Shown here: positions 41,316 through 52,400 of the stretch, one piece after another | Layout: each line of letters opens with the position of its first letter | Numbering within the stretch: the stretch's first letter is position 1 | DNA from: Gammaproteobacteria bacterium | Lineage (GTDB): Bacteria; Pseudomonadota; Gammaproteobacteria; SZUA-140 | Assembly (NCBI GenBank): GCA_026981935.1 | Contig: JALSIC010000052.1 | Location: 2,571-66,570 of the forward strand | DNA length: 64,000 nucleotides | Direction: 5' to 3' | Notes under the pieces: model-generated | What the model saw: only the letters and a program-made list of their open reading frames with translations | Databases searched by the model: none | What the model was told of the DNA's origin: nothing | Program-made: the position numbers and the translations under genes

Positions 41316-42548
41316 ATGGCCGTCGGATTGAGTGCGCCTGTCGGGCTGCTGCCGGTGGCAGGAGTACGCCTGGGCGCCACCGCGGCCGGTATCAGAACGG
41401 GTACCGGTAAAGGCGGCGAGGCGGATCTGGCGCTCCTGGAGATCGCGCCGGGCAGCACCGTGGCGGCGGTCTTCACGCGCAATGCCTTCTGCGCGGCACC
41501 CGTGATTCTGGCCCGGCGCCATCTGGCCCGGTGCGCTCCCCGCTATTTTCTGGTCAATGCCGGCAATGCCAACGCGGGCACGGGGGAGGCGGGTCTCGCC
41601 GACGCCCGGGCCTGTTGCGAGGCCGTGGCAACGGCCGCGAACTGTCCCGTCGAGGCCGTCCTGCCATTTTCCACGGGGGTGATCGGCGAGCGCCTGCCGG
41701 TGGATGAGATGAGGGCGGCCATCCCCGGGCTGGTGGCAGGTCTTGCACCCGACGGCTGGGCGCAGGCGGCCCGGGCCATCATGACCACGGATACCGTGCC
41801 CAAGGGGTGCTCGCGCCGCATTACGGTGGACGGGCGGGACGTGACGCTCACCGGCATCGCCAAGGGTTCGGGCATGATCTGTCCCGACATGGCCACCATG
41901 CTGGCTTTCATCGCCACCGACGCCGCGGCGGCCCCCGATTTTCTCCAGCAGTGCCTGCATCGGGCTGTCGCCCGCAGCTTCAACTGCATCACGGTGGACG
42001 GCGACACCTCCACCAACGATGCCTGTGTCCTGGCGGCCACCGGTGCCGGTGAGGCGCCGCCCCTCGATCAGGCTTCTTCATCCGGCGCAGCCGCCTTCGA
42101 GGCCGCGCTGACGGATCTCTGCGTGGCGCTGGCCCAGGCCATCGTGCGCGATGGCGAGGGGGCGACCAGGTTCATCACTGTCGAGGTGTGTGGCGGGCGT
42201 GACGAAGCGGAATGCCGCCAGGTCGCCTACACAGTCGCCCATTCGCCCCTGGTGAAGACCGCCTGCTTCGCCGGGGATCCCAACTGGGGGCGCATCCTCG
42301 CCGCCGTGGGCCGGGCGGGGCTCGAGGGCCTGGAGGTGGGGGGGATCGACATCTTTCTGGATGGGGTCTGCATCGTGCGCGGCGGCGCCCGCGCGCCGGA
42401 ATATACCGAGGCGCAAGGCGTGGCGGCCATGGCCGGCGAGGAGATCCGGATCCGCATCGATCTGGGACGGGGGCAGGCGCAGGGCCAGGTCTGGACCTGC
42501 GACCTGTCTTGTGACTACGTGCGCATCAATGCCGAATACCGGACCTGA
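41316..42548 (+). CDS. argJ: Bifunctional glutamate N-acetyltransferase / ornithine acetyltransferase ArgJ
   Basis: ...[25 protein letters not shown] (autoprocessing ATML site with Thr nucleophile)...; follows secA as in Pseudomonas. Confidence 0.9.
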   Translation: MAVGLSAPVGLLPVAGVRLGATAAGIRTGTGKGGEADLALLEIAPGSTVAAVFTRNAFCAAPVILARRHLARCAPRYFLVNAGNANAGTGEAGLADARACCEAVATAANCPVEAVLPFSTGVIGERLPVDEMRAAIPGLVAGLAPDGWAQAARAIMTTDTVPKGCSRRITVDGRDVTLTGIAKGSGMICPDMATMLAFIATDAAAAPDFLQQCLHRAVARSFNCITVDGDTSTNDACVLAATGAGEAPPLDQASSSGAAAFEAALTDLCVALAQAIVRDGEGATRFITVEVCGGRDEAECRQVAYTVAHSPLVKTACFAGDPNWGRILAAVGRAGLEGLEVGGIDIFLDGVCIVRGGARAPEYTEAQGVAAMAGEEIRIRIDLGRGQAQGQVWTCDLSCDYVRINAEYRT

Positions 42549-42558
42549 TTCCCCATTG

Positions 42559-42584
42559 AAAAACCCGCCAATGGCGGGTTTTTC
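42559..42584. terminator. Bidirectional rho-independent terminator shared by argJ (+) and rpmG (-)
   Basis: AAAAA-CCCGCC-AAT-GGCGGG-TTTTT: a GC hairpin flanked by an A-run on one side and a T-run on the other, between two convergent genes. Confidence 0.8.
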
Positions 42585-42607
42585 AATGGGGTTGTTGAGG
42601 TCCGGGC

Positions 42608-42763
42608 TTACTTGATCTTGGCTTCCTTGTAGATGACGTGCCTGCGCACCACCGGGTCGTATTTCTTGATCTCCATTTTCTCGGGCATGGTGCGCTTGTT
42701 CTTGTCGGTGGTGTAGAAATGTCCCGTTCCGGCCGTGGAAACCAGCCTGATTTTTTCTCTCAT
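42608..42763 (-). CDS. rpmG: 50S ribosomal protein L33
   Basis: Manual translation of the minus strand gives [51 protein letters not shown] (51 aa). It is below the 60-aa track cut-off. Confidence 0.93.
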   Translation of the reverse strand: MREKIRLVSTAGTGHFYTTDKNKRTMPEKMEIKKYDPVVRRHVIYKEAKIK

Positions 42764-42773
42764 GACGGCCTCC

Positions 42774-43010
42774 TCACACCTTCTCGCCGCGCTTGCGCAT
42801 GTCGGCGAGGACCTGGTCGATGCCCAGCTTGTCGATGATACGCATGCCCTTGGCGCTGACCCGCAGCCTGACCCAGCGGTTCTCGCTCGCCACCCAGAAG
42901 CGGTGGGTGGAGAGATTGGGCAGAAAACGCCGCCTGGTCTTGTTGTTGGCGTGGGACACGTTGTTGCCCGTCATGGGCCGCTTGCCCGTCACCTGGCATA
43001 CCCTGGACAT
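42774..43010 (-). CDS. rpmB: 50S ribosomal protein L28
   Basis: [33 protein letters not shown]...[30 protein letters not shown] is near-identical to E. coli RpmB. Confidence 0.97.
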   Translation of the reverse strand: MSRVCQVTGKRPMTGNNVSHANNKTRRRFLPNLSTHRFWVASENRWVRLRVSAKGMRIIDKLGIDQVLADMRKRGEKV

Positions 43011-43261
43011 GGTGAATCCTCCAACTGGAAATCGGCAAAACGCGTTTTATACCAGAACGTGACACCGCTGACAAGGCAGCAGGTCTGAGATCTCATGATT
43101 GAAGGGACGCGATGGGTTGTGGGCATGGAGTAGGCAGCCTGAATGAATATTTACGGGACTGGCAGGGTATCCGGAAAGTCAGCGGCCATCCCTGCCTCCA
43201 TGCTGCCATTTCGATCGCCCATTTTGTCGCTTTGACCCCCTGTGTGCCACGTTACTTTCGT

Positions 43262-43389
43262 GTCATTTCGACCGAAGGAAGGAATCCTGTCCCGCTGCTT
43301 CAAGATTTCTCGCTGCGCTCGAAATGACAGGTGCTGCATCGAAATGACAGGTATTGCATCGAAATGACAAGGTACTGCATTGAAATGGC
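43262..43389. repeat. REP/MITE-like palindromic element (one full copy 43262-43328) followed by three ~20-bp tandem partial units (GCATCGAAATGACAGGTNNT)
   Basis: GTCATTTCGACCGAAGGAAGGAATCCTGTCCCGCTGCTTCAAGATTTCTCGCTGCGCTCGAAATGAC, then AGGTGCTGCATCGAAATGAC / AGGTATTGCATCGAAATGAC / AAGGTACTGCATTGAAATGGC. Same family as 10950 and 48001-48403. Confidence 0.8.
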
Positions 43390-43437
43390 AAAGTATCGAG
43401 GCGCCATGGATCAACTGGATAAGAGGGGCAAGAAGCG

Positions 43438-44067
43438 CTACGGTGAGGCCTTCGTTGAGGCTGGATCGATCTCAGGGTTGTCTGCGGGCAGGCGTTGCCA
43501 GACACGCCGCTTGTTGAGATAGAGCAGAAAGGTGAGCAGCACGAGATAGGCGAGGACATAGCGGCCCAGGCGATGCCGCTCCTCCGCCCGCGGATCGGCC
43601 GCCCAGGCGAGGAACAGGGCCACTTCCCGTGCCGTCCTGTCCACGGCCGCCTGGTTGCCGGGACTGGAGCTGCCCAGGGCATCGGGCATCTTGATGCCGG
43701 GGAAGAGCCGGTTGTCCACGCGGCCTTCCGGCGTGGTGTAGAAACTGGTGAGCAGGGTATAGACGTAGGCCGGCCCGCCTTCCCGCGCCTTGGCGATGAG
43801 AAACAGGCCCAGCCCGTAGAGATCTTTGATGGTGTAGTAGGGATGGAAGGGGATCTGTGCCGATTTCGGCAGGTCGATGCCGGTGGGGTTGCTGCTCTTC
43901 ACGTAGTGCAGGGCGACCAGGTGCATGAAGACCATTGCGAAGATGATGAAAGGGAACAGGAAGTGCAGCACGAAGAAACGGTTCAGGGTGGCATCGCCGA
44001 TGGCGTAGTCGCCACGCAGCCACAGCACCACCTCGTCGCCGATGAAGGGGGTGGCGCATTCTCTCAC
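43438..44067 (-). pseudogene. Remnant in-frame fusion of a cytochrome b fragment (central region) with a cytochrome c1 fragment (C-terminal region); bc1-complex gene debris
   Basis: The N-terminal 90 aa (DATLNRFFVLHFLFPFIIFAMVFMHLVALHYVKSSNPTGIDLPKSAQIPFHPYYTIKDLYGL) match the bH/bL second-His-pair region of cytochrome b. The rest (IAKAREGGPAYVYTLLTSFYTTPEGRVDNRLFPGIKMPDA...VALFLAWAADPRAEERHRLGRYVLAYLVLLTFLLYLNKRRVW) matches the cytochrome c1 C-terminus including the TM anchor. The cyt b N-terminal third, the c1 CXXCH haem site and any Rieske gene are absent. The ORF starts exactly at the radC stop. Confidence 0.75.
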
Positions 44068-44738
44068 AGCAGGCCGCGGCTGGCGAGGGAAACCGTTTCG
44101 CCGTCGCCGATGATGAGGTGATCCAGGACGCGGATGTCCACCAGGGCCAGGGCATCGCGCAGGCGCCGGGTCAGGGCCAGGTCCGCCTGACTGGGCTCCG
44201 CCACGCCGGATGGATGGTTGTGCGCCAGGATCACCGCCGCGGCATTGGCCGCCAGCGCCTCTTTGACCACTTCCCGGGGATGGACGCTGGCGCCGTTGAT
44301 GGTGCCGCGAAAGAGTTCGTTGAAGGACAGCACCTGGTGACGGTTGTCCAGGAACAGGCAGCCGAAGACCTCGTAGGGGCGGTGGCGCAGAAGCGCGGTG
44401 AGATAGGCGGCGCTCTCGCCGGGATCGCGCAGGGGCTGGCCGCGCTGCAGGGTTTCGGCCAGGTGGCGCCGGCTCATTTCCAGCACGGCCTGAAGGAGCG
44501 CATACTTGGCCTTTCCCAGGCCGGGGCTGCGGCAGAAACGGGCCTGTTCCGCCTCCAGCAAGGGGCGCAGGCCGCCGAATTCGTGCAACAGCTCCCGGGC
44601 CAGGTCCACGGCGGTGCGGCCCCGGCAGCCGGTGCGCAGGAAGATGGCCAGCAGTTCGGCATCGGAGAGCGCGGCAGGACCGCGCGCCAGGAGTTTCTCC
44701 CGCGGACGTTCCGCCGCGGGCCAGTCGGTGATGGGCAT
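44064..44738 (-). CDS. radC: RadC-family JAB/MPN-domain protein
   Basis: [11 protein letters not shown]...[12 protein letters not shown]...[41 protein letters not shown]. The start at MPITDW is preferred over the track start at 44876. Confidence 0.9.
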   Translation of the reverse strand: MPITDWPAAERPREKLLARGPAALSDAELLAIFLRTGCRGRTAVDLARELLHEFGGLRPLLEAEQARFCRSPGLGKAKYALLQAVLEMSRRHLAETLQRGQPLRDPGESAAYLTALLRHRPYEVFGCLFLDNRHQVLSFNELFRGTINGASVHPREVVKEALAANAAAVILAHNHPSGVAEPSQADLALTRRLRDALALVDIRVLDHLIIGDGETVSLASRGLL

Positions 44739-44833
44739 GGTGACCTCCTTGTCAGGGCCGGCGCGGTCTCTGCCTTGCGCCGGCGTGGTATATTGCCCGT
44801 TTCGCGGGGCAGGTGAGGCCATTGTGCAGGGTG

Positions 44834-46096
44834 ATGAAAGACGAAGCAAACGAAGCAGACGAAGCAAACGAAGCAAACAGGGAGCGCCTGAGGGGCAAGC
44901 GCATCCTGCTCGGGGTCACGGGGAGCATCGCCGCCTACAAGAGCGCCGAGCTGGTGCGCCTGCTGCGCGCCGCCGGCGCCGAGGTGCAGGTGGTGTTGAG
45001 TCGTGGCGGCTCGGCCTTCATCACGCCGCTCACCTTGCAGGCGCTTTCGGGCAGGCCCGTGCGACACCAGCACCTGGATCCCGACAGCGAGGCGGCCATG
45101 GGACACATCGAGCTGGCGCGCTGGGCCGATGTCGTCCTGGTGGCGCCGGCCAGCGCCGATTTCCTCGCCCGCCTGGCCCAGGGCCGGGCGGACGACCTGC
45201 TGGCGGCCGTGTGCCTGGCCAGCGAGTCCCCCCTCGCGGTGGCGCCCGCCATGAACCGCCAGATGTGGGAGCAGCCCGCCACCCGGGAGAATCTGGCGTG
45301 CCTTGCGGCACGCGGCGTGAGCGTGTTCGGGCCGGAGAGCGGCGAACAGGCCTGCGGCGAGGTGGGGGAGGGACGCATGCGCGAGCCCGCGATGCTGGCG
45401 GCGGATCTGGCGGGCCTGTTCGAAAGCGGTGTCCTGCAGGGAGTGCGGGTGCTGGTGAACGCCGGCCCTACCCGCGAGCCCCTGGATCCGGTGCGTTTTC
45501 TCTCCAACCGCAGCTCCGGCAGGATGGGCTATGCCCTGGCCCGCGCGGCGCAGGAGGCCGGCGCCGCCGTGACCCTGGTGTCGGGGCCGGTGGCGCTCAG
45601 TCCCCCGGAACGGGTCGTCTGCCAGCGCGTGGAGACGGCGGAAGAGATGCGCGCCGCGGTGCTGGACGCCGCCGGTGTCGCGGATCTGTTCATCGCCGCC
45701 GCGGCCGTGGCCGATTACCGGCCGCGCCAGGTCGCAGGTGACAAGCTCAAGAAGTCGTCGCCGCGGCTGACCCTGGAACTGGAGCGCACGCCGGACATCC
45801 TGGCGGAAGTGGCTGCCCTGGCGGCCCCGCCCTTTACCGTGGGTTTTGCCGCCGAGACCACGAATGTGGAACACTATGCGCGCGCCAAGCTTGCGGCCAA
45901 GGGTCTCGATCTCATCGTCGCCAACCAGGTGGGCGGAACGCAGGGCGGGTTCGAAGCGCAGGACAATGCGGTGACGGTCTATTGGCCGGGTGGCGCGAAG
46001 TCCTTTCCGCTGATGGCCAAGGACAAGCTGGCGCGGCTTCTGGTGACATTGATCGCAGAGAGATACCATGCAAAAAATCCAGCTCAAGATTCTTGA
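44834..46096 (+). CDS. coaBC: Bifunctional phosphopantothenoylcysteine decarboxylase / phosphopantothenate-cysteine ligase CoaBC, with an N-terminal (E-A-N/D) repeat encoded by a 9-bp tandem repeat
   Basis: [36 protein letters not shown]...[36 protein letters not shown]...[27 protein letters not shown] is collinear with E. coli Dfp. The N-terminus [15 protein letters not shown] is encoded by ACGAAGCAA x4 (44841-44876). Confidence 0.9.
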   Translation: MKDEANEADEANEANRERLRGKRILLGVTGSIAAYKSAELVRLLRAAGAEVQVVLSRGGSAFITPLTLQALSGRPVRHQHLDPDSEAAMGHIELARWADVVLVAPASADFLARLAQGRADDLLAAVCLASESPLAVAPAMNRQMWEQPATRENLACLAARGVSVFGPESGEQACGEVGEGRMREPAMLAADLAGLFESGVLQGVRVLVNAGPTREPLDPVRFLSNRSSGRMGYALARAAQEAGAAVTLVSGPVALSPPERVVCQRVETAEEMRAAVLDAAGVADLFIAAAAVADYRPRQVAGDKLKKSSPRLTLELERTPDILAEVAALAAPPFTVGFAAETTNVEHYARAKLAAKGLDLIVANQVGGTQGGFEAQDNAVTVYWPGGAKSFPLMAKDKLARLLVTLIAERYHAKNPAQDS

Positions 46097-46523
46097 TCCC
46101 CGGCTGGGCCGGGAGCTGCCCCTGCCCCGCTATGCCACCGACGGGGCCGCCGGCATGGACCTGCGGGCCTGTCTGGACGGGCCCCTGGTGCTCGCTCCCG
46201 GTGAGTCGGCACTCATTCCCACGGGACTGGCCATCCACATCGCCGATCCCGGGCTGGCGGCGGTGATCCTGCCCCGCTCGGGCCTGGGGCACAAGCACGG
46301 CATCGTCCTGGGCAACCTGGTGGGCCTGATCGATTCGGATTACCAGGGCCAGGTCCTCGTCTCCTGCTGGAACCGGGGCGAGGCCCCCTTTACCATTGAG
46401 GTGGGCGAGCGCATCGCGCAGATGGTGTTCGTGCCGGTGGTGCAGGCGGATTTCGAGATCGTCGAGGAATTCGCGGCCAGCCGGCGCGGCGCCGGGGGAT
46501 TCGGCCACACCGGCCGTCATTGA
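46068..46523 (+). CDS. dut: dUTP diphosphatase
   Basis: [16 protein letters not shown]...[27 protein letters not shown]... shows the canonical dUTPase motifs. Overlaps the coaBC end. Confidence 0.95.
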   Translation: MQKIQLKILDPRLGRELPLPRYATDGAAGMDLRACLDGPLVLAPGESALIPTGLAIHIADPGLAAVILPRSGLGHKHGIVLGNLVGLIDSDYQGQVLVSCWNRGEAPFTIEVGERIAQMVFVPVVQADFEIVEEFAASRRGAGGFGHTGRH

Positions 46524-46579
46524 GTCTTGCCGATCCGGGTTGCGCGTTTGACGTTTCCGAAAAAGAGAAGGAGTGCACC

Positions 46580-47968
46580 GTGAATTCCCAGCTGCCGGAC
46601 ATCCCGTCGTCCATCTTCAAGGCCTACGACATTCGTGGCATCGTGGGCGAGACCCTCACCCCGGATATCGTCCGGTGCATCGGCCAGGCCATCGGGAGTG
46701 TCGCCGCGGCGCGTGGTCAGGCCGCGGTGGCCGTGGCGCGCGACGGGCGCCTGTCGGGTCCCGAGTTCGTCGCCGCGCTCGGCGACGGACTGCAGGCCGC
46801 CGGCCGCCGGGTCATCGATCTGGGCAGGGTGCCCACGCCGGTGCTCTATTTCGCCACGCACGAGCTGGACACCCGCTCCGGTGTCATGGTGACGGGCAGC
46901 CACAACCCGCCGGCGTACAACGGCTTCAAGATCGTGGTGGACGGCGAGACACTCTCCGGCGAGGCCATCCAGGACCTGCGGCGCCGGATCCTGGCGTCCG
47001 ACTACGTCACGGGGCAGGGCAGCCACGAGACCGAGGAGATCCTGCCCCGTTATCTTGCGCGCATCACGGGTGACGTGCGGCTGGCCAGGCCCCTCAAGGT
47101 GGTGGTGGACTGTGGCAACGGCGTCGCCGGCGCGGCAGCGCCCGCCCTGCTGCGCCGGCTGGGCTGCGAGGTCAGCGAGCTGTTCTGCACCGTGGACGGC
47201 CATTTTCCCAACCACCACCCCGACCCCAGCCAGACGGAGAATCTCGCCGACCTCATCGATGCAGTACGAAGGGAGGGTGCCGATGTGGGCCTGGCCTTCG
47301 ACGGCGATGGCGACCGCCTCGGCGTGGTGGATGCCACGGGGCGCATCATCTGGCCGGACCGCCAGATGATGCTCTATGCCGCCGACATTCTCTCCCGGCA
47401 TCCCGGGGCGGAGATCATCTACGACGTGAAATGTTCCCGCCACCTGGGCCGGGTGATCGAGGAGCACGGCGGCCGGCCGCTCATGTGGCGTACCGGCCAT
47501 TCCCTCATCAAGGCCAAGATGCGGGAAGACGGCGCCCTGCTGGCCGGCGAGATGAGCGGCCACATCTTCTTCAAGGAGCGCTGGTACGGTTTCGACGACG
47601 CCCTGTATGCGGCGGCGCGCCTGCTGGAGATTCTCGCCCGGGAAGCGCGTCCGCCCGCCGCGGTGTTCGCGGATCTGCCCGACGCCGTATCCACGCCGGA
47701 GCTGCGGGTGGAGATGGCCGAGGGGGAGCATTTCCGCTTCATGGAGCGCTTCGCCGCGGCGGCGCATTTTCCCGGTGCGCGGCTTTCCACCATCGACGGC
47801 ATCCGCGCCGATTTCGCTGACGGCTGGGGCCTGATCCGGCCCTCCAATACCACGCCCTGCCTCATCATCCGCTTCGAGGCCGACGACGAAGCCGCCCTGG
47901 CGCGCATCCAGACCTTGTTTCGCAAGGCCATCCTGGCCCTCGAGCCCGGCCTGCAATTGCCTTTCTGA
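46580..47968 (+). CDS. algC: Phosphomannomutase / phosphoglucomutase (AlgC-type)
   Basis: IFKAYDIRGIVGETLTPDIV...GVMVTGSHNPPAYNGFKIV (active-site Ser)...DGDGDRLGVVD...GEMSGHIFF is collinear with P. aeruginosa AlgC. GTG start at 46580, 8 nt after AGAAGGAG, giving MNSQLPDIPSSIF. The track start at 46520 would add ~20 unlikely residues overlapping dut. Confidence 0.9.
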   Translation: MNSQLPDIPSSIFKAYDIRGIVGETLTPDIVRCIGQAIGSVAAARGQAAVAVARDGRLSGPEFVAALGDGLQAAGRRVIDLGRVPTPVLYFATHELDTRSGVMVTGSHNPPAYNGFKIVVDGETLSGEAIQDLRRRILASDYVTGQGSHETEEILPRYLARITGDVRLARPLKVVVDCGNGVAGAAAPALLRRLGCEVSELFCTVDGHFPNHHPDPSQTENLADLIDAVRREGADVGLAFDGDGDRLGVVDATGRIIWPDRQMMLYAADILSRHPGAEIIYDVKCSRHLGRVIEEHGGRPLMWRTGHSLIKAKMREDGALLAGEMSGHIFFKERWYGFDDALYAAARLLEILAREARPPAAVFADLPDAVSTPELRVEMAEGEHFRFMERFAAAAHFPGARLSTIDGIRADFADGWGLIRPSNTTPCLIIRFEADDEAALARIQTLFRKAILALEPGLQLPF

Positions 47969-48000
47969 GGTCCCCGCCAGCGCCTCGGCCATAGTGCCTT

Positions 48001-48403
48001 GTCATTGCGGCCGAACCTCCCTCTCATTTCGACCTCACTCCCTTGTCATTTCGACCGCAGGGAGAAATCCTGTGCCGGTGACCCAAGATTCCTCGCTGCG
48101 CTCGGAATGACAAAAAAGGGGGAATGACAAAGAAGTGTCATTTCGCCCGCAGGGAGAAATCCTGTGCCGGTGACCCAAGATTCCTCGCTGCACTCGGAAT
48201 GACAAAAAAGATGGAAAGAATTGTCATTTCGACCGAAGGAAGAAATCCTGCCCACCGTCCCAGGATTCCTCGCTGCGCTCGGAATGACAAAAAAGATGGA
48301 AAGAATTGTCATTTCGACCGAAGGGAGAAATCCTGCCCACCGTCCCAGGATTCCTCGCTGCGCTCGGAATGACAGGGATACTGTCATTCCTCGCTGCGCT
48401 CGT
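48001..48403. repeat. Tandem array of REP/MITE-like palindromic elements: 4 full ~67-bp copies (48044-48110, 48136-48202, 48222-48289, 48308-48374) plus partial copies at each end, separated by near-identical 19-25-bp A-rich linkers
   Basis: Unit: GTCATTTCGACCG(A/C)AGGGAGAAATCCTG - 12 nt - (CC)AGGATTCCTCGCTGCGCTCGGAATGAC. The arms form an imperfect ~28-bp inverted repeat. Copies 1/2 are nearly identical to each other, as are copies 3/4; the linkers are AAAAAAGATGGAAAGAATT. Period 86-92 bp. Confidence 0.85.
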
Positions 48404-49349
48404 CAGTGTCCCCCGGGGCGCGATAGGCGCCCCGCACCTTCATGATCTCCTTGGGCCAGCGGCGCTTGGTGCATTGCCACTGTCCGGGACGGGCGCGGAT
48501 GAGGTCGGCGATGGCCCGGTTCATGGCGGCGGTGATTTCCTCGAGGCTCTTGTGCGCCTCCCCCGGGGCGTGGACGGCCGGGTGGATGACACTGCGAAAG
48601 CGCGCGTCTCCCAGGCGCTCGGTGTGCACGGGGACGATGGCGCAGTCGAATCTGCGCGCCAGCCAGGCGGGCAGCGGGGTGGTCGCGGCCGGCGCCCCGG
48701 CGAAGGGGACGGAGAGGCCGTCGTCGATGCGCACGTCCACGTGCAGGCCCACGGAGCGGCCCTGCTTCAGGCTGGCAATGAGGCGCCTCAGGGCGTTTTC
48801 CTTGGGGATGAGCGTTTGTCCCAGTGCCGTTCTCCGGGCCGCGACCAGCCGTTCCAGGCCGGGATTGACCTGCGGGTTGTAGACCAGGTCCACAGGATAA
48901 CCCAGGGAATGGATGGCATAGCCGGAGAGTTCCCAGTTGCCCAGGTGGGGCGCCACGAAGACACAGGGCCGTTTGCGGGCCAGGAAATCGGGATCCCGGT
49001 TTTCGCACACGACCTCCAGGGAGGCGAACTCACAGTCGGGATCGATGATGGCGGCGAAGTGGGGGAATTCCGCCAGCGAGGCGCCCAGGTTGCCCCAGAC
49101 GGCGCGGGCCAGGGCGGTGATTTCGGCTTCGTCCCTCTCCGGACACAGCATGCGCAGATTGGCCAGCACGTGGCGGTGCTTGCGGCTGCGGGGGCCGAGG
49201 GTTTCCAGCAGCCGGCGCCCGAAACGGGAGGCGCGCGCCGGGGACAGGCGGCCGGAAAGCCACCAGAAGGCCTTGAGCAGCATGACCTGTTGCCGCCACG
49301 ACCAGGGCGGGCGCGCCGGGGGGGCGTGTTGCCTGGTTTTCCCGTCCAC
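48384..49349 (-). CDS. Lipid A biosynthesis acyltransferase, LpxL/LpxM (HtrB/MsbB) family, paralog 1
   Basis: ...RHVLANLRMLCPERDEAEITALARAVWGNLGASLAEFPHF...CVFVAPHLGNWELSG...VDLVYNPQVNPGLERLV...GRSVGLHVDVR...RPGQWQCTKRRWPKE. GTG start at 49349, chosen by alignment with paralog 2; the track start at 49610 overlaps paralog 2. The last 5 codons and the stop lie in a REP-element arm. Confidence 0.8.
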   Translation of the reverse strand: MDGKTRQHAPPARPPWSWRQQVMLLKAFWWLSGRLSPARASRFGRRLLETLGPRSRKHRHVLANLRMLCPERDEAEITALARAVWGNLGASLAEFPHFAAIIDPDCEFASLEVVCENRDPDFLARKRPCVFVAPHLGNWELSGYAIHSLGYPVDLVYNPQVNPGLERLVAARRTALGQTLIPKENALRRLIASLKQGRSVGLHVDVRIDDGLSVPFAGAPAATTPLPAWLARRFDCAIVPVHTERLGDARFRSVIHPAVHAPGEAHKSLEEITAAMNRAIADLIRARPGQWQCTKRRWPKEIMKVRGAYRAPGDTDERSEE

Positions 49350-49354
49350 GTCGT

Positions 49355-51467
<2,113 letters not shown>

Positions 51468-51516
51468 TGCGCATCACCCCGGCCGCATCTTCCGCCGTAT
51501 GCCGGGCTGCCCAGTT

Positions 51517-51557
51517 GAGCTGGTGGTGAGCTGGTGGTGAGCTGGGGGTGAGCTGAG
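51517..51557 (+). repeat. 11-bp tandem repeat (GAGCTGGTGGT x3, then GAGCTGGGGGT, then a partial unit) ending 3 nt before the tauE/safE-like start codon
   Basis: GAGCTGGTGGTGAGCTGGTGGTGAGCTGGGGGTGAGCTGAG; contiguous and intergenic. Confidence 0.85.
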
Positions 51558-51559
51558 TC

Positions 51560-52327
51560 TTGGATGATCAGGACTACTGGTTGGACCAGCTGCTGCTGTT
51601 CTTCATCTCTCTGCTGGCCAATGTCTTTTCCGCCTTCTCAGGGGGCGGTGCCGGGCTGATCCAGCTGCCGGCCCTGATCCTGCTGGGGCTGCCTTTCGCC
51701 CTGGCGCTGGCCACCCACAAGGTGGCCTCCGTGGCCCTGGGCGTGGGCGCGACCCTGCGTTATCTCAAGTCGGATGTCCTGGAGCGCCGCTTTGCGCTGT
51801 TCATTCTCGCCTGTGGCCTGCCCGGCGTCGTGCTGGGTGCGAGTCTCATTCTGCAGGTGCCGGGACGGGCGGCGGAAGTGGCCCTGGGGCTGCTCACCAT
51901 GGGGCTGGGCGTGTACTCATGGCGGCGCCGGGAACTGGGCCAGGAATACCGCCCGGCGCGGCGCGACCGACGCGGTTTCGCGACGGGCGGCGCGGTGCTG
52001 TTCGTCATCGGCGTGCTCAACGGCTCCCTCACCTCCGGAACCGGCCTGTTCGTCACCCTCTGGCTGGTGGGCTGGTTCGGCCTGGATTACAAGCGGGCCG
52101 TGGCCTATACCCTCATCCTGGTGGGATTGTTCTGGAACGGCAGCGGCGCCGTCACCCTGGGCGTGCAGGGCGGCATCCAGTGGGACTGGCTGCCCGCCCT
52201 GCTGCTGGGCTCGGTGCTGGGCGGCTACATGGGTGCCCATCTCGCCATCGTCAAGGGCAGCCGCCTCATCAAGCGGGCCTTCGAGCTGGTGACCGTGCTG
52301 GTGGGGTTGAAACTGATTCTGGGGTGA
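51560..52327 (+). CDS. TauE/SafE (DUF81) family membrane exporter
   Basis: 255 aa, 7-8 TM with internal duplication (GGGAGLIQLPALILLGLPFALALATHKVASVALGVGA... / ...TGLFVTLWLVGWFGLDYKRAVAYTLILVGLF). Confidence 0.8.
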   Translation: MDDQDYWLDQLLLFFISLLANVFSAFSGGGAGLIQLPALILLGLPFALALATHKVASVALGVGATLRYLKSDVLERRFALFILACGLPGVVLGASLILQVPGRAAEVALGLLTMGLGVYSWRRRELGQEYRPARRDRRGFATGGAVLFVIGVLNGSLTSGTGLFVTLWLVGWFGLDYKRAVAYTLILVGLFWNGSGAVTLGVQGGIQWDWLPALLLGSVLGGYMGAHLAIVKGSRLIKRAFELVTVLVGLKLILG

Positions 52328-52332
52328 GGCGC

Positions 52333-52358
52333 GCCGAGTTACGCTCGGCAATTTGTTT
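52333..52358 (+). terminator. Rho-independent terminator after the tauE/safE-like gene
   Basis: GCCGAG-TTACG-CTCGGC followed by AATTTGTTTGG. Confidence 0.6.
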
Positions 52359-52400
52359 GGCTGCAAACCGGTGATCCCGCGCATCACTACTGTGCACCCG

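Noticed and set aside
47990-48410. Possible CRISPR array (regularly spaced repeats)
   Set aside because: The repeat unit is ~67 bp and internally palindromic over ~28-bp arms. The spacers are only 19-25 bp and nearly identical to each other (AAAAAAGATGGAAAGAATT). There are no cas genes, and the same unit occurs singly at 10950 and 43262. This is REP/MITE-like, not CRISPR.
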